Origin: an uncultured Prevotella sp.
Lineage (GTDB): Bacteria; Bacteroidota; Bacteroidia; Bacteroidales; Bacteroidaceae
Assembly: GCA_900315835.1 (NCBI GenBank)
Contig: ONAR01000028.1
Location: forward strand, 27,289-91,288
Direction of reading: 5' to 3'
DNA: 64,000 bases
The position numbers and the translations under genes are program-made. Positions 36,868-45,994 of this stretch are shown one piece after another. Each line of letters starts with the position of its first letter. The first letter of the stretch is position 1. The notes beneath the pieces are model-generated. The model had not been told where the DNA came from. It saw only the letters and a program-made list of their open reading frames with translations, and did no database searches.

Positions 36868-37193
36868 ATGCCAATTTTTTAATCCCGCAAATTTTTCTGC
36901 GGAAATTTTACACCGCAAGCATAAAATTGTACTTTTTTTGACGTTAGTCAACCATTTTATCGGCCTAATCATGAAGAGGTTTAATACACTAACCCACTAT
37001 TCAATATTTCCACAACTTGGTACAGCAACATTGTCATGACAGTCGCACAATATGCGTCAGAATAGTGCTCATCTATATTAAACCTCTCAAATCAGGAACT
37101 CTATATACTAAATTGGGAGTCTCTATATATTAAATAAGGTGTATCCCCTAAGTTGGATAAGTCGGACAAGTAAGATGATGCAACAAAGCGCCC

Positions 37194-38072
37194 CTATTTA
37201 TAATAGGTTTTCTTGGCTGCCGCCAGCGTATTTTTCATCAGCGAGCAGATGGTCATAGGGCCTACACCACCTGGAACAGGGGTGATGAAAGAACACTTTG
37301 GCGCCACCTCGTCAAACTTCACATCGCCATTGAGGCGGAAGCCCTTCTTCTTCGTGGCATCGGGCACACGCGTCGTACCAACGTCAATGACAACAGCCCC
37401 CTCCTTGACCATGTCAGCAGTGACAAAGTTGGGGCGACCGATGGCCGCAATAATGATGTCAGCCTCACGACATTCCTGCTTCAGCGTTGTTGAATGGGAA
37501 TGACAAACTGTCACAGTGGCGTCGCCATATTGCTTCTGCATCATCAGTTGGGCGACAGGCTTGCCGACGATATTGCTGCGCCCCAATACCACACACTTCT
37601 TACCGGAAGTTGCAATATGGTAATGCTGAAGAAGCGTCAGAATGCCGAGGGGCGTCGCCGAAACAAAGCAAGGCAATCCGATAGCCATACGACCCACATT
37701 GATGGGATGGAAGCCATCGACATCCTTGCGGTAGTCAATGGCCATGATAATCTTTTGCTCGTCGATGTGCTTGGGCAAAGGCAGCTGGACGATAAAGCCG
37801 TCAACGTCGGCGTCGTTGTTGAGCCGGTTGACGCAGGCCAACAGTTCTTCCTCGGTGACGTCATCCTCATAGCGGATGAGCGTTGACTTGAAGCCACACT
37901 GCTCGCAGGCGATGACTTTGTTCTTCACATAAGTCTCCGATCCGCCATCGTGACCCACCAGAACGGCAGCCAAGTGAGGCTGCTTCTGACCGTTGGCCAC
38001 CATTTGGCTCACTTCCTCGGCAATCTGCTGCTTAATCGCTGCAGCCGTAGCTTTTCCATCAATCAGCGTCAT
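37194..38072 (-). CDS. folD: bifunctional methylenetetrahydrofolate dehydrogenase / methenyl-THF cyclohydrolase
   Basis: [14 protein letters not shown]..., [22 protein letters not shown]. Confidence 0.95.
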   Translation of the reverse strand: MTLIDGKATAAAIKQQIAEEVSQMVANGQKQPHLAAVLVGHDGGSETYVKNKVIACEQCGFKSTLIRYEDDVTEEELLACVNRLNNDADVDGFIVQLPLPKHIDEQKIIMAIDYRKDVDGFHPINVGRMAIGLPCFVSATPLGILTLLQHYHIATSGKKCVVLGRSNIVGKPVAQLMMQKQYGDATVTVCHSHSTTLKQECREADIIIAAIGRPNFVTADMVKEGAVVIDVGTTRVPDATKKKGFRLNGDVKFDEVAPKCSFITPVPGGVGPMTICSLMKNTLAAAKKTYYK

Positions 38073-38087
38073 AGGTATTGCTTTAAT

Positions 38088-39419
38088 TTATTTTTTCATC
38101 TTGGGCATGTTGCGCATCATGTTACGCATGCCGCTTCCCGTCACCATCTTCATCATCTTACGGGTCTGGTCGAACTGCTTCACCAGTCGGTTGACCTCCT
38201 GGATGCTTGTGCCCGAACCCTTGGCGATGCGCATCTTACGGCTCTGGTTGAGTACCTCCGGATTGGTGCGCTCCTTGGGCGTCATGCTTCGGATGATGGC
38301 CTCAATACCGTTGAACGCATTGTCGTCAATATCGACATCCTTGATGGCCTTGCCTACACCCGGAATCATTGAAGCGAGTTCCTTCAGGTTGCCCATCTTC
38401 TTGATTTGCTCAATCTGGTTAAGGAAGTCGTTGAAATCGAACTTGTTCTTCTGAATCTTCTTCTGCAGACGCTTGGCCTCTTCCTCATCAAACTGTTCCT
38501 GGGCGCGCTCCACGAGAGAGACAACATCACCCATGCCGAGGATACGGTCGGCCATACGGTCGGGGTGGAACACATCGATGGCCTCCATTTTCTCGCCCGT
38601 ACCGATGAACTTGATGGGCTTGGTGACCACCGTACGGATGGAAAGCGCCGCACCGCCACGGGTGTCACCGTCGAGCTTGGTGAGCACTACGCCGTCGAAG
38701 TCGAGCCGGTCGTTGAATTCCTTAGCCGTGTTGACGGCATCCTGACCGGTCATGGCGTCAACGACAAACAGCACCTCGTCGGGATGGATATGCTCCTTCA
38801 GACTGCTGATCTCGTTCATCATCTCCTCATCAACAGCCAGTCGGCCGGCAGTATCGATGATGACCACGTCGTAGCCCTTGGCTTTAGCCTCCTGTACGGC
38901 ATGGTCGGCAATCTCGTTGACATTTTTGTTGTCCGGCTCACTATACACTGGAACGCCGATACCCTCACCGACGACTTTCAACTGGTCGATGGCGGCAGGG
39001 CGATAGACGTCGCACGCTACGAGCAAAGGCTTCTTATGCTGCTTCTGCTTGAGCATATTGGCGAGCTTGCCGCTGAACGTGGTCTTACCCGAGCCTTGAA
39101 GACCCGACATCAGGATGATAGACGGCTTGCTCTTCAACTGGAGCTCGGAAGCCTCACCACCCATGAGCTTGGCCAGTTCATCGTGCACAATCTTCACCAT
39201 CAACTGTCCAGGCTTGACGGCGGTGAGTACGTTCATACCCAGCGCTTTCTGCTTGACCGTATCGGTGAACGTTTTGGCTACCTTATAGTTGACATCAGCG
39301 TCGAGCAACGCGCGGCGAACGTCCTTCAGCGTCTCGGCTACGTTTATTTCTGTGATTTTGCCCTCGCCTTTCAGCATCTTGAACGAGCGTTCAAGGCGGT
39401 CGGTTAAATTCTCAAACAT
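38088..39419 (-). CDS. ffh: signal recognition particle protein
   Basis: MFENLTDRLE..., GLQGSGKTT P-loop, DTAGR, TKLDG, and a Met-rich M domain at the C-terminus. Confidence 0.95.
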   Translation of the reverse strand: MFENLTDRLERSFKMLKGEGKITEINVAETLKDVRRALLDADVNYKVAKTFTDTVKQKALGMNVLTAVKPGQLMVKIVHDELAKLMGGEASELQLKSKPSIILMSGLQGSGKTTFSGKLANMLKQKQHKKPLLVACDVYRPAAIDQLKVVGEGIGVPVYSEPDNKNVNEIADHAVQEAKAKGYDVVIIDTAGRLAVDEEMMNEISSLKEHIHPDEVLFVVDAMTGQDAVNTAKEFNDRLDFDGVVLTKLDGDTRGGAALSIRTVVTKPIKFIGTGEKMEAIDVFHPDRMADRILGMGDVVSLVERAQEQFDEEEAKRLQKKIQKNKFDFNDFLNQIEQIKKMGNLKELASMIPGVGKAIKDVDIDDNAFNGIEAIIRSMTPKERTNPEVLNQSRKMRIAKGSGTSIQEVNRLVKQFDQTRKMMKMVTGSGMRNMMRNMPKMKK

Positions 39420-39442
39420 ATGATTAATTGCTTATTTTCGTG

Positions 39443-39450
39443 CAAAGGTA
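39443..39450 (-). promoter_or_regulatory. -7 promoter box (TACCTTTG) for ffh-folD
   Basis: 24 nt upstream of the ffh ATG. Confidence 0.5.
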
Positions 39451-39571
39451 GCGAATATATTCGAAATAAGCGACATAGAGATGACAGAATTTGCGCAGCA
39501 ACCGCTGATTGCCCTCCCTATGAATTGACGATGCGCGACGATTGTCATTCCATCGTCATCTCACCCATATC

Positions 39572-40354
39572 TTACTGTTGGTCGGCAACGTTGCGCCTGA
39601 TTTTGGTAAGATACGCCTTCATGCCATCGGCATCCTTATTATCGATAATCTGCAGGAGCTCTTTCAGTTCACTGCGTATCTGCGCCACCTGGTCGTGGGT
39701 GTAGGGGTTGAAAAGGATCTCCTGCAGGAGGTAGTCGTCCTCGGACAGCACGCCGCGGGCGATGCGCATGTGCCGCTTGAACGTCGTGCCGGGCGCATCC
39801 TGGTGCTTCATCACTGCCGCAAAGACAAAGGTCGAGACAAATGGGATGCTCAGCGAGTAGGCCACAGTGCGGTCATGCTCATCGAAAGTATACTCATAGA
39901 TGTGCAGGCCCAGGCGCTGGTAGAGGTCCTTGAAGAAGATGCGGCCCATGTAGTCGCCCTCGCTGATGATGATGGCATTCTCCTCTGAGAGTTGGTTGAG
40001 GTTGGCAAATGTCGGGCCAAACATCGGGTGCGTAGAGACATAGGGATGGCCCGTCTTCTCGTAAAAGTCCTTAAGATTGGTCTTCACCGACGAGATGTCG
40101 GAGATGATGCAATCCTTTGGCAGATAGGGCAGTATCTGTTCGAAGGCAGGAATGGTGTACTTCACCGTTACGGCGTTGATGACCAATTCGGGCGCAAAGG
40201 CCTTTACCTCATCCATCGTCGTGAAGCGCTGGCAGTTGTAAGTGAAGCGCATGCGCTTCGGGTCCCGCTCAATGACGGCCACCTCGTGGTCGAAACTGAG
40301 CAGGTCGATAAAGAAGGAGCCCATCTTTCCGGCTCCCATAATCAGAATCTTCAT
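39572..40354 (-). CDS. tyrA: prephenate dehydrogenase
   Basis: MKILIMGAGKMGSF Rossmann motif. It is the last gene of the Bacteroides-type aromatic operon. Confidence 0.8.
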   Translation of the reverse strand: MKILIMGAGKMGSFFIDLLSFDHEVAVIERDPKRMRFTYNCQRFTTMDEVKAFAPELVINAVTVKYTIPAFEQILPYLPKDCIISDISSVKTNLKDFYEKTGHPYVSTHPMFGPTFANLNQLSEENAIIISEGDYMGRIFFKDLYQRLGLHIYEYTFDEHDRTVAYSLSIPFVSTFVFAAVMKHQDAPGTTFKRHMRIARGVLSEDDYLLQEILFNPYTHDQVAQIRSELKELLQIIDNKDADGMKAYLTKIRRNVADQQ

Positions 40355-40361
40355 GGCTGGC

Positions 40362-41429
40362 TTATTCGTTTACGATTTGCAACTGCTGGCGCACGCTCTC
40401 CTCGTGGATGAGTTCGAAGACGTGAGCCGCAAACTCCGGCGACATGCCGCAGAGCGAAGCCTGAGCGCCACGCTTCTCGAGAATCTCATTGTAGCGGCCT
40501 GCCTGCAGCACCGTCATATTATGCTCTTTCTTAAACGTTCCTATCTCGCGGCAGACACGCAGACGCTTAGCCATCAAGTCCATCAACTGGTTGTCGATCT
40601 CATCAATCTGGCTACGCAATTGGCGCAGACCCTCGGTTGTTGTATGTTCACTTCTCACCACCAATAAGCTTAAGATGTAGTCAAGAATATCCGGTGTCAC
40701 CTGCTGTTTGGCATCGCTCCAGGCGCAGTCGGGGTCACAATGGCTCTCGACGATGAGTCCGTCGAAACCGAGGTCCATGGCTTGCTGGCAAAGGGGAGCG
40801 ATGAGGTCGCGCCGGCCGCCGATATGGCTGGGGTCGCAGATGATGGGCAAGCTGGGTATGCGGCGATGCAGCTCAATGGGAATCTGCCACATGGGCAGGT
40901 TGCGGTAAATCTTCTTATCATAGCTCGAGAAGCCGCGGTGGATGGCACCCAACCGCTTGACGCCAGCCTGATTGAGGCGCTGCATTGCGCCAATCCACAG
41001 TTCGAGGTCGGGATTGACGGGGTTCTTGACCAGCACCGGACCATCGTAGTCCTTCAGGCTGTCGGCCAAATCCTGCATGGCGAAGGGGTTGGCCGATGTG
41101 CGTGCGCCAATCCACAGAATGTCGATACCATATTTCTGAGCAAGCTCCACATGCTCCGGCGTAGCCACTTCGGTGGCGGTGAGCATGCCGGTTTCCTTCT
41201 TCACCTCCTGCATCCAGGGCAGCGCAGCCTCGCCATTGCCCTCGAAGCCTCCCGGCTTGGTGCGCGGCTTCCAGATGCCGGCCCTGAACATGTGGCAGCC
41301 TTTATTGGCCAACTGCCGGGCGGTAGTCATCACTTGTTCCTCGGTCTCAGCCGAGCACGGACCTGCAATCACAATAGGTCTCTCACCGTTGTCTGACGGC
41401 AAATTGAGTGGTTCAAGTTCCAATTCCAT
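40362..41429 (-). CDS. bifunctional 3-deoxy-7-phosphoheptulonate (DAHP) synthase / chorismate mutase type II
   Basis: N-terminal KDO8P/DAHP-synthase-like TIM barrel (IAGPCSAE...FRAG.WKPRT...). C-terminal chorismate mutase type II helices (LRQLRSQIDEIDNQLMDLMAKRLRVCREIG). Confidence 0.85.
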   Translation of the reverse strand: MELELEPLNLPSDNGERPIVIAGPCSAETEEQVMTTARQLANKGCHMFRAGIWKPRTKPGGFEGNGEAALPWMQEVKKETGMLTATEVATPEHVELAQKYGIDILWIGARTSANPFAMQDLADSLKDYDGPVLVKNPVNPDLELWIGAMQRLNQAGVKRLGAIHRGFSSYDKKIYRNLPMWQIPIELHRRIPSLPIICDPSHIGGRRDLIAPLCQQAMDLGFDGLIVESHCDPDCAWSDAKQQVTPDILDYILSLLVVRSEHTTTEGLRQLRSQIDEIDNQLMDLMAKRLRVCREIGTFKKEHNMTVLQAGRYNEILEKRGAQASLCGMSPEFAAHVFELIHEESVRQQLQIVNE

Positions 41430-41436
41430 AGTGTTC

Positions 41437-42600
41437 TTATTTTATTGTTGCCTTAATTCTATTTAATGCCTCTTTCATCTTTTCATCCTTGGCGCAGAGG
41501 CTGATACGGATGTAACGCTCGCCGTTGTTGCCGAAGATGAACCCCGGAGTGATGAAGACGCGCGCCTTGTGCAGCACCGCTTCGGTGAGGTCCTCCACAT
41601 TCTCGTATTTGTCGGGTATCTTGCCCCAGAGAAACATGCCCACCTGCGTGGGGTCGAAGCTGCAGCCAAGGGCCCGCATGATGTCCTCGGCGATGACGCG
41701 GCGGCGGTGATAATTCTCAATGTTGTTCTCGCGGTGCCACTCGGGCGTATTGGTGTTGAAAGCCTCAGCGGCGGCGAGCTGTATGCCGCGGAAGGTTCCG
41801 TTCTCTATATTGCTCTGTATCTTGAACATCCACGAGATGTACTCGGGGTTGCTCACCATCATGGCGACACGCCAGCCGGGCATGTTATGGCTCTTCGACA
41901 TTGAGTTGAACTCGACGCAGCAGTCCTTGGCTCCCGGTACCTGCATGAGGCTCATGGGGTGGTCGTTGAGGATGAGCGAATAGGGATTGTCGTTGACTAC
42001 GAGGATGTCGTGGCGGCGGGCAAAGTCGACCAGCCGTTCGAAGGTCTCACGACGGGCGTTGCCACCGGTCGGCATGTTGGGGTAATTGGCCCACATCACC
42101 TTCACACGACTCAGGTCCATCTGCTCGAGCTGGTCGAAGTCGGGCTGCCAACCGTTGTCTTCGCGAAGGTCATAGTTGACTATCTTCGTACCGAACAGCT
42201 TGTTAACGGCGGTGTAGGTGGGATAGCCCGGATCGGGGATCAGCACCTCGTCACCGGCATTGCAGAAGGCAAGGGTGACATACATGATGCCTTCCTTCGA
42301 GCCAATGATGGGTTGGATCTCGCGCATCGGGTCGAGGTCGACGCCGTAGATGCGCTTGTAGAAGCCGGCCATAGCCTTATGCAACTCGGGCAGTCCACTT
42401 GTCGGCTGGTAGCCGTGGGCGTTGGGGTCGCGGGCCACCTTGCACAGTTTGTCAATGGTCTGCTTTGAAGGCGGCATGTCGGGTGAACCAATGGCCAGTG
42501 ATATAATGTCCTGACCTTCAGCGTTGAGCCGCGCTATCTCCTTGAGCTTACGGCTGAAATAATACTCTTGTATGCTGTTAACTCTTTCTGCTGGTTTCAT
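41437..42600 (-). CDS. class I/II pyridoxal-phosphate aminotransferase (aromatic/prephenate aminotransferase candidate)
   Basis: NSMSKSHNMPGWR contains the PLP-lysine motif (SxSK). The gene sits between pheA and the DAHP synthase gene. Confidence 0.85.
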   Translation of the reverse strand: MKPAERVNSIQEYYFSRKLKEIARLNAEGQDIISLAIGSPDMPPSKQTIDKLCKVARDPNAHGYQPTSGLPELHKAMAGFYKRIYGVDLDPMREIQPIIGSKEGIMYVTLAFCNAGDEVLIPDPGYPTYTAVNKLFGTKIVNYDLREDNGWQPDFDQLEQMDLSRVKVMWANYPNMPTGGNARRETFERLVDFARRHDILVVNDNPYSLILNDHPMSLMQVPGAKDCCVEFNSMSKSHNMPGWRVAMMVSNPEYISWMFKIQSNIENGTFRGIQLAAAEAFNTNTPEWHRENNIENYHRRRVIAEDIMRALGCSFDPTQVGMFLWGKIPDKYENVEDLTEAVLHKARVFITPGFIFGNNGERYIRISLCAKDEKMKEALNRIKATIK

Positions 42601-42613
42601 AGTGATGTTTGTA

Positions 42614-43444
42614 TTAAGATGCTTTGTATTCGCCTAATATCTTTAGAGTCTTCACTAAGGGCGTGATGGCGTCAATCGACTGGCGGTAGCGGATGAAGTC
42701 GGTGTAGGTGACATCGACGTAGAACATATATTCCCACTCGTGGCCGATGACGGGCAACGACTGTATCTTGGTGAGGTTGATATCGTAGAAGCTGAGGATG
42801 GTCAACACCTTCGACAGCGACCCTTCCTCATGGGGCAAAGAGAAGACGAGACTTGCCTTATTGGCTTGGTTGAGCGGTCGCAGGAAGTCGGCCTTGCGCG
42901 GGTCGGTGACGACGAGGAAGCGGGTGAAGTTGTGTTTGTTGTCCTCAATGTGGTTCTCGAGCACCTTCAATCCGTACATCTCAGCGGCGTCGGCGTGGCA
43001 GATGGCGGCCCATCCGTGGCATTGGTTGTCGTGAATAAACTCGGCGCTGCCTGCAGTATCCTCGGCCTCAACGGCTTTCAAATCAGGGTGGTTGGCAAGG
43101 TAGTCGCGGCATTGCATGAGTGCCACCGGATGGGAATGCACCTCGCGAAGCGTCGTCCAGTCGTCGTCGGGCAGACAGCAGATGCTGTGGGTGATGTGGA
43201 GCTTATGCTCGCCAACGATTGACGTTCCGCTGTCGCGCAGCAACTCATAGTTATGGAGCAATGAACCGGCGATAGTGTTCTCGATGGCGAGCATGCCAAT
43301 GACGGTGGGGTCGCGCTTGATATTCTCGAACACGCCCTCGAACGTAGCGCAGCAGATGATCTGCACCTGCTCACCCTCGAAATACTGGTGGGCCGCAATG
43401 TCATGGAACGAACCTAAGTAACCTTGTATCGCTATTCTTTTCAT
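42614..43444 (-). CDS. pheA: prephenate dehydratase
   Basis: PDT domain (IAIQGYLGSFHDIAA...NTIAGS) plus a C-terminal ACT domain (ASLVFSLPHEEGSL..., ESRP-like). Confidence 0.9.
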   Translation of the reverse strand: MKRIAIQGYLGSFHDIAAHQYFEGEQVQIICCATFEGVFENIKRDPTVIGMLAIENTIAGSLLHNYELLRDSGTSIVGEHKLHITHSICCLPDDDWTTLREVHSHPVALMQCRDYLANHPDLKAVEAEDTAGSAEFIHDNQCHGWAAICHADAAEMYGLKVLENHIEDNKHNFTRFLVVTDPRKADFLRPLNQANKASLVFSLPHEEGSLSKVLTILSFYDINLTKIQSLPVIGHEWEYMFYVDVTYTDFIRYRQSIDAITPLVKTLKILGEYKAS

Positions 43445-43458
43445 TGTCTTATTAAATT

Positions 43459-43492
43459 AAAAAATCCCGCCTCAATATACACTGAAGCGGGA
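43459..43492 (-). terminator. attenuator terminator upstream of pheA
   Basis: The minus-strand transcript forms UCCCGCUUCA-N8-UGAGGCGGGA (10 bp with one G-U pair) followed by UUUUUU, 15 nt before the pheA ATG. Confidence 0.65.
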
Positions 43493-43540
43493 CTATGATG
43501 TAAACCTTTCGGATTAACTATCGTTTGTCTTAAGTTGAAA

Positions 43541-43615
43541 TTACACGCAACTTCCCGCTTCGCAATTTCTTGCAAAGTAAAAGTAATAATAGGAATATGT
43601 TGCGTATGCCTTCAT
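43541..43615 (-). CDS. Tyr/Phe-rich leader peptide (24 aa) of the pheA operon
   Basis: atg aag gca tac gca aca tat tcc tat tat tac ttt tac ttt gca aga aat tgc gaa gcg gga agt tgc gtg taa translates to MKAYATYSYYYFYFARNCEAGSCV. 8 of codons 4-14 are Tyr or Phe. Confidence 0.6.
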   Translation of the reverse strand: MKAYATYSYYYFYFARNCEAGSCV

Positions 43616-43642
43616 AAGGATGATAATGTTTTAATTCGATTG

Positions 43643-43650
43643 CAAAAGTA
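43643..43650 (-). promoter_or_regulatory. -7 promoter box (TACTTTTG) for the leader-pheA operon
   Basis: caaaagta on the + strand, 28 nt upstream of the leader ATG. Confidence 0.5.
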
Positions 43651-43731
43651 AGGCTTTTCCTTCAAACCAACAAACAATTCGGGGAAAATTTATATAAAAT
43701 CTCGCTTTTTCTCTTATTTTATGATGATAAG

Positions 43732-44967
43732 TCAACTAACATCATGGTCGGTCATAGCCGCCACACACGAGTCGCTCCACACGTTTTCGGCCGTCTCCAC
43801 CATATCAATAATGGTGTAGATTGGCAGTATGATGCCCATGATGCCGACGGGCGCACCCTGACCGGTCATCAGCGAAAGCGTGAGGAAGTAGCACCCCATC
43901 GGCACTCCGGCATTGCCGACAGCGGCCACCACAGCGATGACGAGCCACAGCAGCATCATCGGCAGCGTGAGGTGGGTGCCGCCGTTCTGCATGACGAAGA
44001 GCGAGGTTACGAGGATGAAAGCCGCGCAGCCATTCATGTTGATGGTGGTGCAGATGGGCAGCACAAAGCGGGCCACCTTCGGCGCCACCCCCGCACGCTT
44101 CTCGGCCGTTTCCATGGTCACCGGCAATGTGGCAGCCGAGCTCTTGGTGAAGAATGCCATGAGCACGGCAGGCATCATCCTGCCCAAATGGCGTAGCGGA
44201 TTGATGCCGCGGGCCAACAGAAAGAGCGGCAACACAACGAAGAACTGCAACACATTGCCGCCGAGGATGACCGCCACGTAGCGGCCCAATGACGCTGCGG
44301 CCACACCGGCCGACACCTGTGCGCTGAGCTGGGCTGCGAAAGCCAGAATGCCCATCGGCAGTGTCCAGATGAGGCCTTTGATGAGCATAAACAGCAGATC
44401 CTGCAGTCCCAAAAAGAAGTTCAGCACCGTGGTGCGGCGCTCCCCCTGCCTCATCTTTGCCAGCGCGATGCCCACAGCCGCAGCGATGAGCAACAGCGAC
44501 AACACATTGGCGTCGAGAAACGGTTGCACGAGGTTGTTGGGCACAACGGAGAGAATGTGGTCGTAGTAGGTCTCGCCGCCGAGGTTCTGGGGGATGTTGG
44601 TTTGCCCGCCAGCCACCATCGCGGCCGGCAGGTTACCCGGCCGGATGAGGAGAAACAGCAGCAGTCCAACGGCAGCGGCGGCTACAGTGGTGAGCAACGT
44701 GTAGGTCAGGGCATGGCGGAAGATACGCCCCGTGTCTTTCTGGTCACCAATGGAAGCCAGCGTAGTGATGACCGCCAATACGATGGTGGGGACGGCCAGA
44801 AACTGAAACAGACGGGTATAGACGGTGGCAATGAACGTCATCAGTGCGTTGAGCCAGCCCAGTCCGAGTAATCCAAGTATGGCGCCAATGATGAGTGCGC
44901 CTATCCACAGTATGAGCTGCCGGCGGTTGTTGGCAATGCTTTTATTGACTTCTTGATGGTTATCCAT
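43732..44967 (-). CDS. dicarboxylate/amino acid:cation symporter (DAACS family)
   Basis: Polytopic protein with DAACS-like segments (FLAVPTIVLAVITTLASIG, ...SSAATLPVTME..., ...GVPMGCYF...). The track ORF starts at a TTG (44991) that overlaps the promoter box, so I took the ATG at 44967 (MDNHQEV). Confidence 0.85.
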   Translation of the reverse strand: MDNHQEVNKSIANNRRQLILWIGALIIGAILGLLGLGWLNALMTFIATVYTRLFQFLAVPTIVLAVITTLASIGDQKDTGRIFRHALTYTLLTTVAAAAVGLLLFLLIRPGNLPAAMVAGGQTNIPQNLGGETYYDHILSVVPNNLVQPFLDANVLSLLLIAAAVGIALAKMRQGERRTTVLNFFLGLQDLLFMLIKGLIWTLPMGILAFAAQLSAQVSAGVAAASLGRYVAVILGGNVLQFFVVLPLFLLARGINPLRHLGRMMPAVLMAFFTKSSAATLPVTMETAEKRAGVAPKVARFVLPICTTINMNGCAAFILVTSLFVMQNGGTHLTLPMMLLWLVIAVVAAVGNAGVPMGCYFLTLSLMTGQGAPVGIMGIILPIYTIIDMVETAENVWSDSCVAAMTDHDVS

Positions 44968-44988
44968 AATAAAGAGGGTTATTTTAGA

Positions 44989-44996
44989 CAAACGTA
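44989..44996 (-). promoter_or_regulatory. -7 promoter box (TACGTTTG)
   Basis: caaacgta on the + strand, 21 nt upstream of the ATG at 44967. Confidence 0.45.
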
Positions 44997-45334
44997 CGTT
45001 TGCGCGATTTATTATCCAATCATGACGGCTGTTAATAGCTTAGGGTCTGCGGGGTGATGCCGAGGTCCTCGCCGGAGAGACCTGTGGGGATAGGCTGGCC
45101 GATGAAGCCCCATAGCTCCTGCGCCCACGCTAACTTCAAAAACTCATAAACCGACAATCTCAAAAACTCAAATAATGTTAAGCCTCACCTCGTTTTGCTC
45201 ATTATTAGCGCAAACGGCGTAAATTTGCAGAAAAGACCACGGCAGACGACCGGCGTGAAGACATGGCACCGTTGCCGGAGCCATATCCTGCCGTTGCCGG
45301 GTCTATATATAATAATGTGTAAGGAGTATTCAAG

Positions 45335-45994
45335 ATGCATAAGACCATCAGTTTGATAGTATTGCTATTCATGGCGCTCACCGTGTCGGCTCAGAGTTAT
45401 CTGGCGCCGGCCCAACTGTCGCCGGTAACGCCCTCGACCCATCTGTCGACGTCGCCGCTTCACCAGGGCCTCAACGCGAGCGTCAACCTCAGCGTGATGG
45501 CGGGCTTCGGCAAGGGTGCACCCAAGGGTGCGGGCTTTGCGCAAAATGTTACTGCGACTTATGTGGCGCCCCTCGGCAAGCGGGCCTGGCTCACTGCGGG
45601 CGGCTATATCAACCACCTCAACTGGGATGGTATCAACGTCACCAATGGCGGACTCTACGGTGAGCTGGGCTATCAGTTCAACGACCATCTCACCGGCTAC
45701 GTCTACGGTCAGAAGTCGCTGGTCAACAGCGGCATGCAGGGCTATGGCGGCTATTTTGGTTACCCGGGCTACTTTGGCCGCTACGGTGCCCTGGGCTATT
45801 ACGACAGCTACCCCGGGTATAACGCTTTTGGCGATAAACTCGGGGCAGCATTGCGGTGGACACCCAATCCCAACTTCTCCCTGCAGATTTCAGTGGAGAA
45901 GAACTGGTGGCCTAAGCCCACTTCAGGCGCAGACTATTTAGAACCACGCTCAGACTTGAGAATGCCATCAGCGCACTACCCCACATCGGAGTGA
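45335..45994 (+). CDS. hypothetical secreted Gly/Tyr-rich protein
   Basis: Signal peptide MHKTISLIVLLFMALTVSAQS. Contains GYGGYFGYPGYFGRYGALGYYDSYPGYN low-complexity sequence. Its 3' end overlaps the copA 3' end by 83 nt. Confidence 0.55.
   Translation: MHKTISLIVLLFMALTVSAQSYLAPAQLSPVTPSTHLSTSPLHQGLNASVNLSVMAGFGKGAPKGAGFAQNVTATYVAPLGKRAWLTAGGYINHLNWDGINVTNGGLYGELGYQFNDHLTGYVYGQKSLVNSGMQGYGGYFGYPGYFGRYGALGYYDSYPGYNAFGDKLGAALRWTPNPNFSLQISVEKNWWPKPTSGADYLEPRSDLRMPSAHYPTSE

Noticed and set aside
45032-45193. Minus-strand open frame ...AWAQELWGFIGQPIPTGLSGEDLGITPQTLSY* in the intergenic region upstream of the symporter
   Set aside because: It is protein-like, but only about 50 codons long, has no ATG, and matches no family I can name. 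It is probably a gene remnant and is not supportable as a feature.
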